Assembly: GCA_951406725.2 (NCBI GenBank)
Contig: OX597835.1
Span: 46,872,001-46,936,000, forward strand
Reading direction: 5' to 3'
Length of the DNA stretch: 64,000 bases
Source of the DNA: Octopus vulgaris
Taxonomy: Eukaryota
The position numbers were made by a program, and so were the translations under genes. Below the pieces are notes generated by a model that worked only from the letters and a program-made list of their open reading frames with translations, was not told the DNA's origin and searched no databases. Positions 52,527-63,964 of the stretch are shown here, piece by piece; the first letter of the stretch is position 1, and every line of letters begins with the position of its first letter.

Positions 52527-53718
52527 TTCGACATCCTCATCATCATCATCATCATCTTCTTCATCGTGACTACCACCACCGCCATCACAATCATCATTTC
52601 CTCCTCCTCCACCACCACCACCACGACTCTCATCACCATCATCATCACCTCAGTCACCTCCAGAACCACCACCTCCACCGCCCACAACAACAACAACAAC
52701 AACAGCGACGACCTCGTATTTCCGGTTATCTACGTGTGACTAACTGCAAGGCTGTCATGTTAAACAAACCATTGTCCAGTCCACCCGAGCAATGCCTCTG
52801 TGTAATTAGAGTCCAAACGAATCACACACAATTATTCGCTCATGCACCCCTTTCTCCACCCGTATTCATCTCACGCTACCCACGCCACATCCCCGCCCTC
52901 CCCCCCCCAATTTCCACCCACAGATTCTCTTCCTCCACCTACCCCGCCTCCCTCCCCCTCCACACTATCCGTCGTTTAACCTTTCCTACCTTCGGGTATC
53001 TCCAGGCGATGTTTTATTAGAGCTTGCGGCGGCGGCGGTCAATATATTCAAAACTGCCAGCGGCGGTGGCGGCGGCGGTGGTGGCGGCGGCGGTGGTGGC
53101 GGCGGAGGCGGCGTTGGTGGATCGGTGTGGCAATTGCAATGATTGTTGTGATAAGAGTTGGTGGTGGTGGTGGTGTGATGGCAGTGGTTGTTGTTGTTGT
53201 TGTTGTAGGTGGTGGTGGTGGTGGTGGTGGTGGTGGTGGTGGTAACGATGATGGTGACTAGAGTAACAAAATGTAATGAACACGCACCTGAACGGCGGTC
53301 GGCGATTTTTCTAACGTTGTCCGTTTGGAGTTAGTTAGAAAGAGGTGACGATGTTGGCGGAAGCGGCGGCGACCGTTGTGGCGATGGTGGTGATGGTGGT
53401 GGTGGTGGTGGTGGTGGTGTCAATGTCGGAGCTATTGGACGAAACGATATGTCCAGGTGAGAATACATCAGTAAACACACGCATACACACACACATACAC
53501 ACAAATACATCAGTGAACACACACACACGCACATATACACACGCGCGCGCACACATGCACACACACACACACGTACACACATATACTCATATAAATGTGC
53601 GTATGTATATATGTGTGTGTGTGAGCGCTTGTGTGCACAGAATTTATGTTGGGTCAAATTAAGATGGACACAAGTATACATTAATATCATACTTGAGATC
53701 ATTTTCATTTCGCCCTAT

Positions 53719-53770
<52 letters not shown>

Positions 53771-54229
53771 TGATGATGATGATGACGATGATGATAATTT
53801 ATGTGGAGCTTTAACTCATTCAGCCGTCACTGTCGAACGAGTATGACCTGGCAACAGCCACGGAGCCTATGTCTCTGCTGGAAATGCGTGGCGTACTTGC
53901 TCGTTTGTTGGATTCACGGTCATATGATAGAAAATGTTAAGCTTTAGAGTTCTCTGACTTATGATATCGTATGGAATGATCGACATTAAAATCTTGTATT
54001 AAATTTTTGTGTTATGTTCCAAAAACCAATCATCAGTTTAGGAATGTCAAAGTTATCTTTACTTAATTCTTCGTTATTTTCAGCATTATTTGGAATGCAG
54101 TCAGTAAATATGGCTACCAAAATGTAACTGGTTAAAGGAACAAAAGTGTTTCCGTCTTATTAGACCTCATCATCAAATCCTATTCACCTCGTTCGGGACG
54201 ACTATATATACACGCACGCACACACATAT

Positions 54230-54480
54230 AAGTTTCAGTTGGTGAATGCTACCATAATCCTTGCCTTCAGTTCATCTTTGGTGTTACAAGGAGTTTCGTT
54301 GGTCTCTCACTCAACTGCACCCCACACATAATAATCGATGGGGGTGCAGTGTGGGGAATCAGGTGGGCAGATGTTAGGGACGATGTGGTCGCAGAAATTG
54401 CCTGATAGTCATGACTGGGTTCTCCTGCTTGTGTGGCCTGGTGCAAAGTTCTGTTATCCGGACACAGATGCTGTATTTTA
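54230..54480 (-). pseudogene. Tc1/mariner transposase fragment
   Basis: Minus-strand manual translation APGHTSRRTQS*LSGNFCDHIVPNICPPDSPHCTPIDYYVWGAVE*ETNETPCNTKDELKARI. Confidence 0.7.
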
Positions 54481-54744
54481 GCGAGCCTGGAATGAACCAT
54501 CTTCATCATAGGCCTGTCTGATTAGAGTTGGCCCGGGGTTAAACAACAAGAACAGCAAAAGCAGCAACAACAAGAATGATATCAACAGAATCAGTGAAAC
54601 ACCATTTACTGTCACATCAACACACCACAACATGCTCATAAACAATATCAGCACACACACGTGCGCTCAAACACACACGTGTATACACAGGTAGACACAC
54701 ACACACACGCACACACACACGCGCGCACACATACACACACACAG

Positions 54745-54777
<33 letters not shown>

Positions 54778-54942
54778 GCTAACTGTCAACAGTTTCAACA
54801 GGAACAGTCAAAGAGAATCACAGCAGGATGTAGGTAAATCTGTTTCGTTGATATATAACACACACATACACACACACACACACATGCATGTGTGGGTGTA
54901 TGTATGCAAATATGTATATTTGTATGTATTTATGTATGTGTC

Positions 54943-54982
<40 letters not shown>

Positions 54983-55459
54983 TAATATATATACATATAT
55001 ATATACATATACATATATATATATGTATATATATATGTATATATATATATATATGTATATATATATGTATATATATATATGTATATATATATTGATAAAA
55101 CGGTAAGATAACAAAAGAAAGAAAGAGACCTCAATATTATGTAAATAGAGGAAATTTATCTATACAATATGTTACATTACTCGGTAGTCAAGATAAAACT
55201 CTGAGTTTCAGATGCCGAAGTGGAAATCCACAACACCATCTCTTCGGTTATCTGGCTATTTGAAAACGTTATGAAAAAATACCGTTAAAAATGAAGGGAA
55301 ATTACTCTGTTATAACTCTGCTTTGCCTGCGTACTTATACATCGCTCGCATTTTTCGTCATAAAAATTATATAAAAATACATAAAAATATATAAAAATAT
55401 ATGAAAATATATAAAATCTTCTTGGGACATAACACAGAAAGCATGTTCTATCCGTTTTC

Positions 55460-57046
55460 GACCACAAAGAAAACTTCCTTTCCAATCCTAAATGTAGGCT
55501 TATCAACCCAGCCAAGTCAGAACTAGGGATTATTAGCAAAGAAATTTTAGATAAAATAAATACGAAAATTAAGACCGATACTAGGCTAGTGCAATGGTCC
55601 AATAGTATAGAAGTCGTAGACTGGTTTAAAGCTATTAAGAATAAGAAAAAAGCGAGGTTTACACAATTCGATATTGTTGATTTTTATGCCTCTATCTCTA
55701 AAGAACTGCTAGATAAAGCCCTAATCTTCGCTAGTGACTTCATAGAAATTAGTACCAATGATAAGGATATAATCTTCCATGCTAGAAAGACATTACTTTT
55801 CAGTGAGAATGCAAAGTGGGTAAAAAACACCGACACGGAGGGCGCTTTCGATGTGAGCATGGGTTCATATGATGGGGCAGGCATCTGTGATCTAATTGGA
55901 CTCTTTCTCCTAGATACCTTCAGTAAGACATTCCCTAACGTACATTTCGCCATCTACAAAGATGATGCCCTCGCCTTAACAGCTAATACAAATGGACCAG
56001 CACAAGATCGTTTTAGGAAGGATATTATCCAGTTAATGAAACACTTCGGACTTAGTATAACTATAGACACTAACCTGACGGTTGTCAATTTCTTAGACGT
56101 TTCCTTAGATCTTAATAATAATATTTATAAGCCTTATAGGATGCCCAATGATAGACTAAGTTATATTAATGTAGGTTCATGCCATCCCCCTATAGTATTC
56201 AAAAATTTAGTTAAAAATATTAGTAAGAGGATTTCTAGCCTCTCATCTAATGAGGACATCTTCAATAGCGTTGCCCCAGTTTATAATAAAGCTTTAAAAG
56301 ATAGTGGTTTTAGCGAAAAAATAAAATATACACCTATCACCAGCCCAACAATAAGGAAAAGGAATAATAGAAATAGGAAGGTCATCTGGTTTACGCCCCC
56401 TTACTCACCCGAGGTGGCCTTCAATATAGGTAAATATTTCCTAGCACTGATAGATAGACATTTTCCAGTTAACCATGCTTATAGGAAACTCTTCAATAGA
56501 CACAATTTAAAAATTAGTTTTAGTTCAACTACCAATTTTAAAAACATAATCAATCATAACATACAAAAAACACAAGAAGAAAACAGCTGTTCATGCAGGA
56601 ATAAAGAATTGTGCCCGCTAAATGGAGCTTGCATGTCCAAGACCATCATATATGAAGCTACCGTAAACTCTATAACCACTAAAGACACCGTTTTGATGAA
56701 GAAATACGTGGGCCTGACAGAGGGTAATTTCAAGGCCAGGTTCAATAACCACACTTTGAGCTTTAGGCACTGGAACAAAAGAAAAGCGACACAATTATCC
56801 AATCATATTTGGTCTTTAAGAGATAAAGGTGTCGATTATAACATACAATGGAAGATTTTGGCCAGATGTAAGCCCTATACTAACGGCAGCGGAAGGTGCG
56901 GTTTATGCGACATGGAGAGATGGCTTATCTGGAAAAGCAGCTTAGACCCTACCACATGTCTAAATACAAGGACAGAACTTTTCGGATCATGCCCACATGT
57001 GACTAAATTTCTGTTACGTTTTTGGTCCCCTAAAGAAAACGGATAG
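55460..57046 (+). CDS. Penelope-like RT + GIY-YIG endonuclease (open frame from the truncation point)
   Basis: DHKENF..PKCRLINPAKSELG, FTQFDIVDFYASI, SMGSYDG, IYKDDAL, NFLDVSLDL, TIIYEATV...KYVGLTEGNFKARFNNH, CGLCDMER; no stops. The ORF track starts later at an alternative codon (55589). Confidence 0.92.
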   Translation, partial: DHKENFLSNPKCRLINPAKSELGIISKEILDKINTKIKTDTRLVQWSNSIEVVDWFKAIKNKKKARFTQFDIVDFYASISKELLDKALIFASDFIEISTNDKDIIFHARKTLLFSENAKWVKNTDTEGAFDVSMGSYDGAGICDLIGLFLLDTFSKTFPNVHFAIYKDDALALTANTNGPAQDRFRKDIIQLMKHFGLSITIDTNLTVVNFLDVSLDLNNNIYKPYRMPNDRLSYINVGSCHPPIVFKNLVKNISKRISSLSSNEDIFNSVAPVYNKALKDSGFSEKIKYTPITSPTIRKRNNRNRKVIWFTPPYSPEVAFNIGKYFLALIDRHFPVNHAYRKLFNRHNLKISFSSTTNFKNIINHNIQKTQEENSCSCRNKELCPLNGACMSKTIIYEATVNSITTKDTVLMKKYVGLTEGNFKARFNNHTLSFRHWNKRKATQLSNHIWSLRDKGVDYNIQWKILARCKPYTNGSGRCGLCDMERWLIWKSSLDPTTCLNTRTELFGSCPHVTKFLLRFWSPKENG

Positions 57047-57240
57047 AACATGCTTTCTGTGTTATGTCCCAAGAAGATTTTATATATTTTTATATATTTT
57101 TATATATTTTTATGTATTTTTATATAATTTTTATGACGAAAAATGCGAGCGATGTATAAGTACGCAGGCAAAGCAGAGTTATAACAGAGTAATTTCCCTT
57201 CATTTTTAACGGTATTTTTTCATAACGTTTTCAAATAGCC

Positions 57241-57303
57241 AGATAACCGAAGAGATGGTGTTGTGGATTTCCACTTCGGCATCTGAAACTCAGAGTTTTA
57301 TCT
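57241..57303 (+). ncRNA. Atypical hammerhead-like motif in the PLE terminal repeat (mirror copy 55191-55253, -)
   Basis: Stem I AGATAA/TTATCT, core CCGAAGA, stem II GATG...CATC with inner hairpin GTGG-ATTT-CCAC, extra T before GAAA, stem III ACTC-A-GAGT, GUU triplet. Confidence 0.5.
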
Positions 57304-57345
57304 TGACTACCGAGTAATGTAACATATTGTATAGATATGTATATA

Positions 57346-57421
<76 letters not shown>

Positions 57422-58269
57422 CATATATATGTATATATATATATATATAATTTATATATATATATATATATATATACATATCTTTTATATGTTTCATGTA
57501 TGGATGTATGTATGTATGTATATGTCCATGATATGACATCTGCACATAGGTATATAAATGCATATATCTATTTATATGTAGGTTTGTGTGTATATATATA
57601 TATATATATATATACGTGTCTGTGTCTGTGTATATGTGCGTGTGTATACATACATACGTACATATAATAAATTAATTAGCAGTAACTTCAACATTTCGCC
57701 GAAATATTGTTTTGTGGTGAATGTCCTATGATGCGGTGCGGTGTAGGGTGTTATGGACGTAAGTATGGAATAACGCCGCGGTGATTTTGACCTGTGATCA
57801 CCCTTAACTATTCTCATACAATTCGCATACCACCCATCAGGATGATTTTTAATAGTTTCTGCCGCTCTCTTACAAACCCATCAAGGTTGTCAAACATCTG
57901 TTTGTGTGAAGGTGTCTAAGAGATTGTATGTGTTTGTAAATGACTGCTTTAAAAGTGTTGTCAATGTGTCTTCATGTGTAAAGCTAAATGAGAGCGGCGT
58001 GTATGCTTGTGTGTGTGTACGAGTGTATTTGTATGTATTGTGTAGTGTGGAGTCTATATCAATGCGTGTGTATATATAAGTGCACCGGTGCGTGTTTATG
58101 TAGGAGTATACATATATGTGTATATATATATATACGCACACGTGCGCACACATATATACATGCACACGCACATATACATTTAGGTGAAACGTGTGTTTAC
58201 ATAAGCGTGTACTTGTATGAACATGCTCGTATTTATATATATATATCTATATGTATGTATGTATGTATC

Positions 58270-58480
58270 TGTTTTTAGTCATTAGACCGCGATCATGCTG
58301 GGGGGGGGGATTTTAGTCGAATGAACTGACCCCAGTACATGTTTTAAAGCCTGGTATTTATTCTATCGAATTCTTTTGCCGAACCGCTCTGTCACGGGCG
58401 CGTAAACAGACTAACAGCTGTTGTCAAGCGGTGGTGGGGAGACAAATGCAAAAACACAGAAACACAGACACATAAATATA
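58270..58480 (-). mobile_element. SINE family A 3' half, diverged
   Basis: TTAGTCATTAGACCGCGATCATGCTG...GCCGAACCGCT...TTGTCAAGCG. Confidence 0.6.
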
Positions 58481-58667
58481 TGCATTTAAAACCTCCTTCT
58501 TCCTTTCCTTTCCTGAGCCCTGGGCGTCCAATCACACCACACTTGTTTCACGTTCTCGCGTTGTTGTGTTTTCTCTTTGTTCATGTTTGGATTAACTATA
58601 TATATATAGCGACAGTGGACGCTGGAAAAAGTATAAGTATTTGTGAAGGAAATCTAATTCTCGCCGA

Positions 58668-58737
58668 CAACTGTGATTGTCACACGCTGATGAGAGGTCA
58701 ATACCTCGAAACTCGAGTCCGTGTGTATCATAAGTTG
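58668..58737 (+). ncRNA. Canonical extended type I hammerhead ribozyme, copy 1 (predicted cleavage after C58719)
   Basis: Stem I CACACG/CGTGTG, extended by TGTGAT/ATCATA and CAAC/GTTG across a TGT/T internal loop; CTGATGA; stem II GAGG-TCAATA-CCTC; GAAA; palindromic ACTCGAGT stem III; GUC triplet. Confidence 0.92.
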
Positions 58738-59019
58738 AAGACGGGAAGGATGACTTCCCTTTGCAAATACTGACAGGACACAGAAAGTGTGTCTATGGCC
58801 AGCTGGAGGAGTGTGTCCTCCTGGGGCTAAAAACTACAGTAGCATCCACCCTTAGGGGTAGCCATATTGAAATGGCAAATATACGTCACGATGTGTTACC
58901 GCTACTGTATATAACTCACTCTGATATTTATCATTGTTTGATTTCACTTTTTCAATATCAGCGACAGTGGACGCTGGAAAAAGTATAAGTATTTGTGAAG
59001 GAAATCTAATTCTCGCCGA

Positions 59020-59089
59020 CAACTGTGATTGTCACACGCTGATGAGAGGTCAATACCTCGAAACTCGAGTCCGTGTGTATCATAAGTTG
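59020..59089 (+). ncRNA. Canonical extended type I hammerhead ribozyme, copy 2 (predicted cleavage after C59071)
   Basis: Identical to copy 1, 352 nt downstream. Confidence 0.92.
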
Positions 59090-59485
59090 AAGACGGGAAG
59101 GATGACTTCCCTTTGCAAATACTGACAGGACACAGAAAGTGTGTCTATGGCCAGCTTGAGGAGTGTGTCCTCCTGGGGCTAAAAACTACAGTAGCATCCA
59201 CCCTCAGGGGTAGCCATATTGAAATGGCAAATATACGTCACGATATATATATATTCATTTGAATCTAAATTTTGCTGAACTTATATATATATATATGTAT
59301 GTATGTATGTATGTATAATGTGCATATATGGGTACAGGACGTCAGCAATTGTCTAAACAACATGAAATACGTAGACAAAAGAATTAAATAGGTAAACAAC
59401 GAGAAAAAAACCGTTATTGTTTACGTATTTACCTCGTTTGTCAACATATTTCATGTTGTTTACACAGTTGCTGACGTCCTGTACC

Positions 59486-59522
<37 letters not shown>

Positions 59523-59862
59523 GTAGTAACACCACCACCCCAGACGCCTAAAGCATAGAAAAAATGACTAGAAGAAAGAATTTGGAAAAACATCTGGTCA
59601 TTAGATTTCTGACGAAAGGTCAACTATAAAAATGACTTCACAAAACACTCCTTTAACACCCCACCACTTCCCAACTCCACCCCCAATAAAGTATCTTGTG
59701 TTGACCATTCACTACTTCCTTTCATCTATCATTCATCAACAGTCTTTCATTCCCACACTGATTTTAAAAAAAATCAAAACACACCCAAAGCCCATATAGA
59801 ATCACAAAACCTCAAATCCTCAGATCTGTTTGACAACGAATACGACAAAGTCCTCCAAAGAA

Positions 59863-60064
59863 GTTAGTTAGTTAGTTAGTTAATTTGGCTCAAAAGCAAA
59901 TAGCAAGGCCATGTAGGGAGACATGGAGTTAAGTACAGGGTGGTGTTCATGTAAAGAGTTCAGGCCACTTGAGGTCAAGGGAGGCTTTGAACAAAGCGGT
60001 CGTCGGCATCTTCACCATCTCGTCTGGCAGCTTGTTCCACGGATCCGCAACCCGGACGGAGAAA
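59863..60064 (-). mobile_element. CR1/L2-group LINE 3' end with (CTAA)n tail
   Basis: FSVRVADPWNKLPDEMVKMPTTALFKASLDLKWPELFT*; sibling of 35304-35490. Confidence 0.75.
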
Positions 60065-60315
60065 GTTCCACTTCTTCGATTGAGATGAAATCGTCGCAAG
60101 AAATATTTTTTTAATCCTCCACATACAAGTTAACAAAGAACTTACTAGAACTATGAACTAGAATTTACATAATTAAATAATCAAAAAATAATAAATTAAA
60201 CTGATTAGAATTGCCAGTGATGTCATTCTTTTTCTTTTCTCAAATGTGAGTGTGGTAAATGAACTCTCGTCTAAATTACGCACCTTGGAAAGGGTCCTCT
60301 ACTATAACCTTACCA

Positions 60316-60806
60316 CACATATTCATATATTGACAGGGGAGATAACCGTTCTATAAGCGAGGCTAGATCACTGGATTAGACTAGTTTCGCCAGTAAATTT
60401 GCAGACTCGTCAGCAATGATCACTCCATCGCCGAATAGTTTAGCTAAATGCAGATTGTCAGTGTATATATTTACCTTATAACTTTATGATTCGGTTAGGG
60501 AAATGCTAATGTGAAAATTATAAAATCACACAGGCAGCACCGTCAGCCACAATTAGTGCCGACTGGATTTTCCCTCTTTGATTTTATTCTGAGTGTACCT
60601 ACCGACGTTATTTTGTAATTTTCCCATTTCGCTAACCCAACCATAGACATATACCGTACTGACAGTTTGGATTAAGCTAAGCCATTCAGCGACGGGCTTG
60701 TCACTGCTCATGAGTCTGCAGTTTTGCAGACAAAAACATAATCTAGTCCGGTGATCTTGCTTCGCTTATGGGGCGGTTATCTCCTTTTTCAGTATATGAA
60801 AATGTG
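60316..60806. mobile_element. Old palindromic element with a decayed hammerhead in each arm
   Basis: Arms ~60316-60525 and ~60608-60806 are reverse complements (roughly 70% by eye). Hammerhead relics at 60366-60421 (-) and 60700-60755 (+). A similar terminal GGAGATAACC segment occurs at ~38690. Confidence 0.65.
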
Positions 60807-60860
60807 CTTTCTTGCAGTTCTAAGTGTTTTAACTCTTATTTCAAGCAATATAGGTGCTAT

Positions 60861-60936
<76 letters not shown>

Positions 60937-60984
60937 AGCTATCTATATATGTACGTATGTATATATCTATGAGCTTGTGATATA

Positions 60985-61150
60985 GTGATTTGGTCAAGTC
61001 TCCGTTATCTAGCGGTTCGGCAAAAAAAGACGGATAAAATAAGTATTGGACTCAAAAAGAAAGTAAGCTCTGCGGTGGATTTGCCTGACTAAAACCTTCC
61101 AGCCGGTACTCCAGCATGGCCACAGTCTAATGAGTGAAACAGGTAAAAGG
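60985..61150 (+). mobile_element. SINE family A 3' fragment
   Basis: AGCGGTTCGGCAAAA...ATAAGTATTGG...CTCCAGCATGGCCACAGTCTAATGAGTGAAACAGGTAAAAG. Confidence 0.65.
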
Positions 61151-62164
61151 ATATATAAACACACAAGGGGCACACAGGAATACACAGATATACATATATA
61201 TATATACACACGTGTACAAACACACACACAGACACACTCCTACATATACACGTGCGCGTGCACACACACACACACACACACACACAGACATACACACACC
61301 GTGAAAACGAAGCAAGACAATAACTGGACTTCATCATGAGGTCGGTGTGAAAAACGTGGCATGTGCTTATGTGTGTATGTATGTATGTATGTATGTATGT
61401 ATGTATGTATGTATGTATGTATGTATGTATGTATGTATGAATGTATGTATGTATTTATGCTTGTATGTATGTATGTATGTGTGTATGTACGTGCGTGTGT
61501 ATGTGTGTATGTATGTATATGTGTGTGTGATTGCACGTATTTTTTATAACGTCTGCATAACAGAAAGTTATTGTTCCTCTCTTCCTTCTCCTCCCACTCG
61601 ACCAAGTCAGTCGCCATTTTGATTAGGTTTTAATATTTATTATGACATCAGGGGCCACGTTTAAGGACCACGTGTGAAAGGGGCCTTTCTTCATTTATTA
61701 CTTTCTTGATGCATTTTTAATGACACAATATGTTAAGGGTCACAGAATCCATTCGTTTTTTTTTAGTTTTTATTTCTATGTTTATTACCGTATTTTTTTC
61801 TCAATAACTATTTAATCATGAAAGGGAAATGTAAAAGGTCCGTGAAAAAAAAAGAGAAAAGGGTGAGAAAGAAAGAAAAAAAGAAGGAAAGCAAGAAGGA
61901 AGGAAAGAAAGTAAGAAAGTGAAAGAGGGGGAGTGAGAATGGGAGCAAAGTAAGAGTAGGAAATACAATGAGAGTCAAAGGGGAACAGTAAAATTTCTGA
62001 GAATAACATGTGTTAAAGTGTCATAATTGAGTGTGTGTATATGTGTGCGCGCGCGCGTGCATGTGCATATTGTTTACAAATTTTGGAAATGTATTTAAAT
62101 ACAGTCGACCTATTCGTTTTTCTATTTTCTATTAGCACACACACACACACATTTATATGTATAC

Positions 62165-62254
<90 letters not shown>

Positions 62255-62261
<7 letters not shown>

Positions 62262-62460
62262 TAATCCAAACAAGAAAACACAGAAAAAAAGAGAAAAAAA
62301 AACACAGCAACGCAGGACGTGGAACAATTAAAGTATTATTGACGCTCAGGAAAGAAGGGAAGGAGGGTTTAACGTTTCGAGCGGAGCTCTTCATCGGAAA
62401 CAAGGAGAAGGAAAGATCCCAAGGAGGGAAGACAGAGGAGAAAATATTTGAGCTGGTGGT
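62255..62460 (-). mobile_element. pLTR-type short element with minimal hammerhead (62367-62401)
   Basis: Reverse complement of the 10420 family; GTTT CCGATGA A GAGC-TCC-GCTC GAAAC GTT AAAC. Confidence 0.65.
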
Positions 62461-62480
62461 GCTCAAGAGATCACATGTTG

Positions 62481-62524
<44 letters not shown>

Positions 62525-63931
62525 TTATTTATATACACACATACAAATATGTTTATATATTTGTGTAGGAAGCTTAATATCGTATGTATGTATGCATGTA
62601 TGTATGTATGTATGTATGTATGTAAGTATGTATGTATGTATGTGTGCGTGTGTAATTACTTCGTTGATTCGCCTATATTTGTCATTATTATTCAAATAGA
62701 CGCCACTAGCCTACCACGAGTTATTTCTCTTGGCTTATTCCAATGATACAACTCCAGGCCATACTGTTTTCTATTCTGTTTCGTATAAGACTAAGTTTTT
62801 TGGCTGCAGGAGATAAGGGCAGACAACTGTCGTGTTGATGAAAGCTATTGAACCAGAAACACGTGTCCACGGCTGTCCTCTTATCCCCGGAAAATAAACC
62901 TGTTCGTTTTCCTTCATGGTATGTTCAGTTTAGGAAAGTTCTTGTATTTTGAGCCCATCTTTCCTTCTTAAGTGGAGCAGGTTGTTACTGCCATTTGATT
63001 TCACTGCGTAATAATTATTTATTTATGTATTTTTGTCTTTGGTTAATAAGTGTTTTTTCCTATTTGCTTCTATCCAGAAATCAAGGGAAATGATTTCCAT
63101 TCCCTTTAAACTTTGCTTTTATGACCAATGTTTTGAAACTGACCTATTTTCCATTACATTTCAGGCAGATTCAGCGCTGAGTTACTGAAGCAGAAATATC
63201 ATTATAGCAAAAATTCTACTCAATACCACAGATTTTGCTTGTCCTTTGCTTGACCATAACCATTTGAACATGTCCCTTAGCGGCTGACAATATATGCATC
63301 TCTGATTATGAGCAGGAGTAATGAGGGAACATCATAGATATGTGTTGAGAGGGACTCTTCGGGGTTTGAATAAATAAAGCTAAGATTGACTGGGATTAAA
63401 AAACAAAACAGAGCAGGACAACCATTGCTGATATATTTTTGTTGACAGGTAGGGAGAAACAAGGGACAAAAGCACAGTATCTATACATACACATAATTTA
63501 TATAGTATTCAACAAAAAAAAAGAAGAAATGAAAAGAGAGATGAAAGGTCTTTCTCCAGCCATAAGGCTGGTTTCCTGACGAATATGCTTTTTCCTCCTG
63601 GGCCGACCCTTCGCAGGATTATTCATCTTTGCCGTCTGAGTGGACCGGAATAACGTGAAATGTTCTGCTCAAGCATTCAACACATCTTACCGTCGTAAAC
63701 GCACCACCCTGACCACGCTCTTCTTCTTTTATATAATAGAGACACCATAAAGCAGAAGAAGCATGCAAACATACAAGTTGTGCTCTTTGCAGCCGTCCTA
63801 CTGACATGGAGGGCATCCAATCTGTATTTGTCTGCTGACTTTACGATATCGATGTCTATGATACAACAAAGTTGATAAACGTGAGACATCACAAAGACGA
63901 GTTAAAGAATTACTAGGCCAAAGTATACGTA

Positions 63932-63964
<33 letters not shown>

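Larger units (their letters stand above)
55157..57337 (+). mobile_element. Penelope-like element, 5'-truncated, bounded by 303-bp inverted repeats
   Basis: 55157-55459 is the reverse complement of 57035-57337 (one mismatch seen). The left arm extends to ~55093. Confidence 0.92.
58609..59244 (+). mobile_element. Non-LTR retrozyme-like tandem repeat (352-bp unit, 1.8 copies)
   Basis: Unit starts at 58609 and 58961; 2 substitutions in the 284-bp overlap; flanked by (TA)n; each unit has a hammerhead. Confidence 0.88.

Noticed and set aside
54267-54509. 80-aa minus-strand ORF as a host exon
   Set aside because: Another frame of the same DNA gives a Tc1/mariner catalytic-region motif (PPDSP..PIDYYVWG), so it is a transposon relic.
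58480-59125. Short ORFs across the 352-bp tandem repeat
   Set aside because: No recognisable protein; the unit length is not a multiple of 3; the conserved signal is RNA structure.
58609-59244. Tandem repeat as a CRISPR array or pure assembly duplication
   Set aside because: No repeat-spacer structure and a eukaryotic context. The copies differ at two sites and the layout retains exactly two ribozymes; an artefact is unlikely but only long reads can exclude it.
63740-63920. CALC...SVFVC peptide resembling a LINE C-terminal zinc finger
   Set aside because: Contains stops and lacks the expected His and flanking RT similarity; too weak to call.
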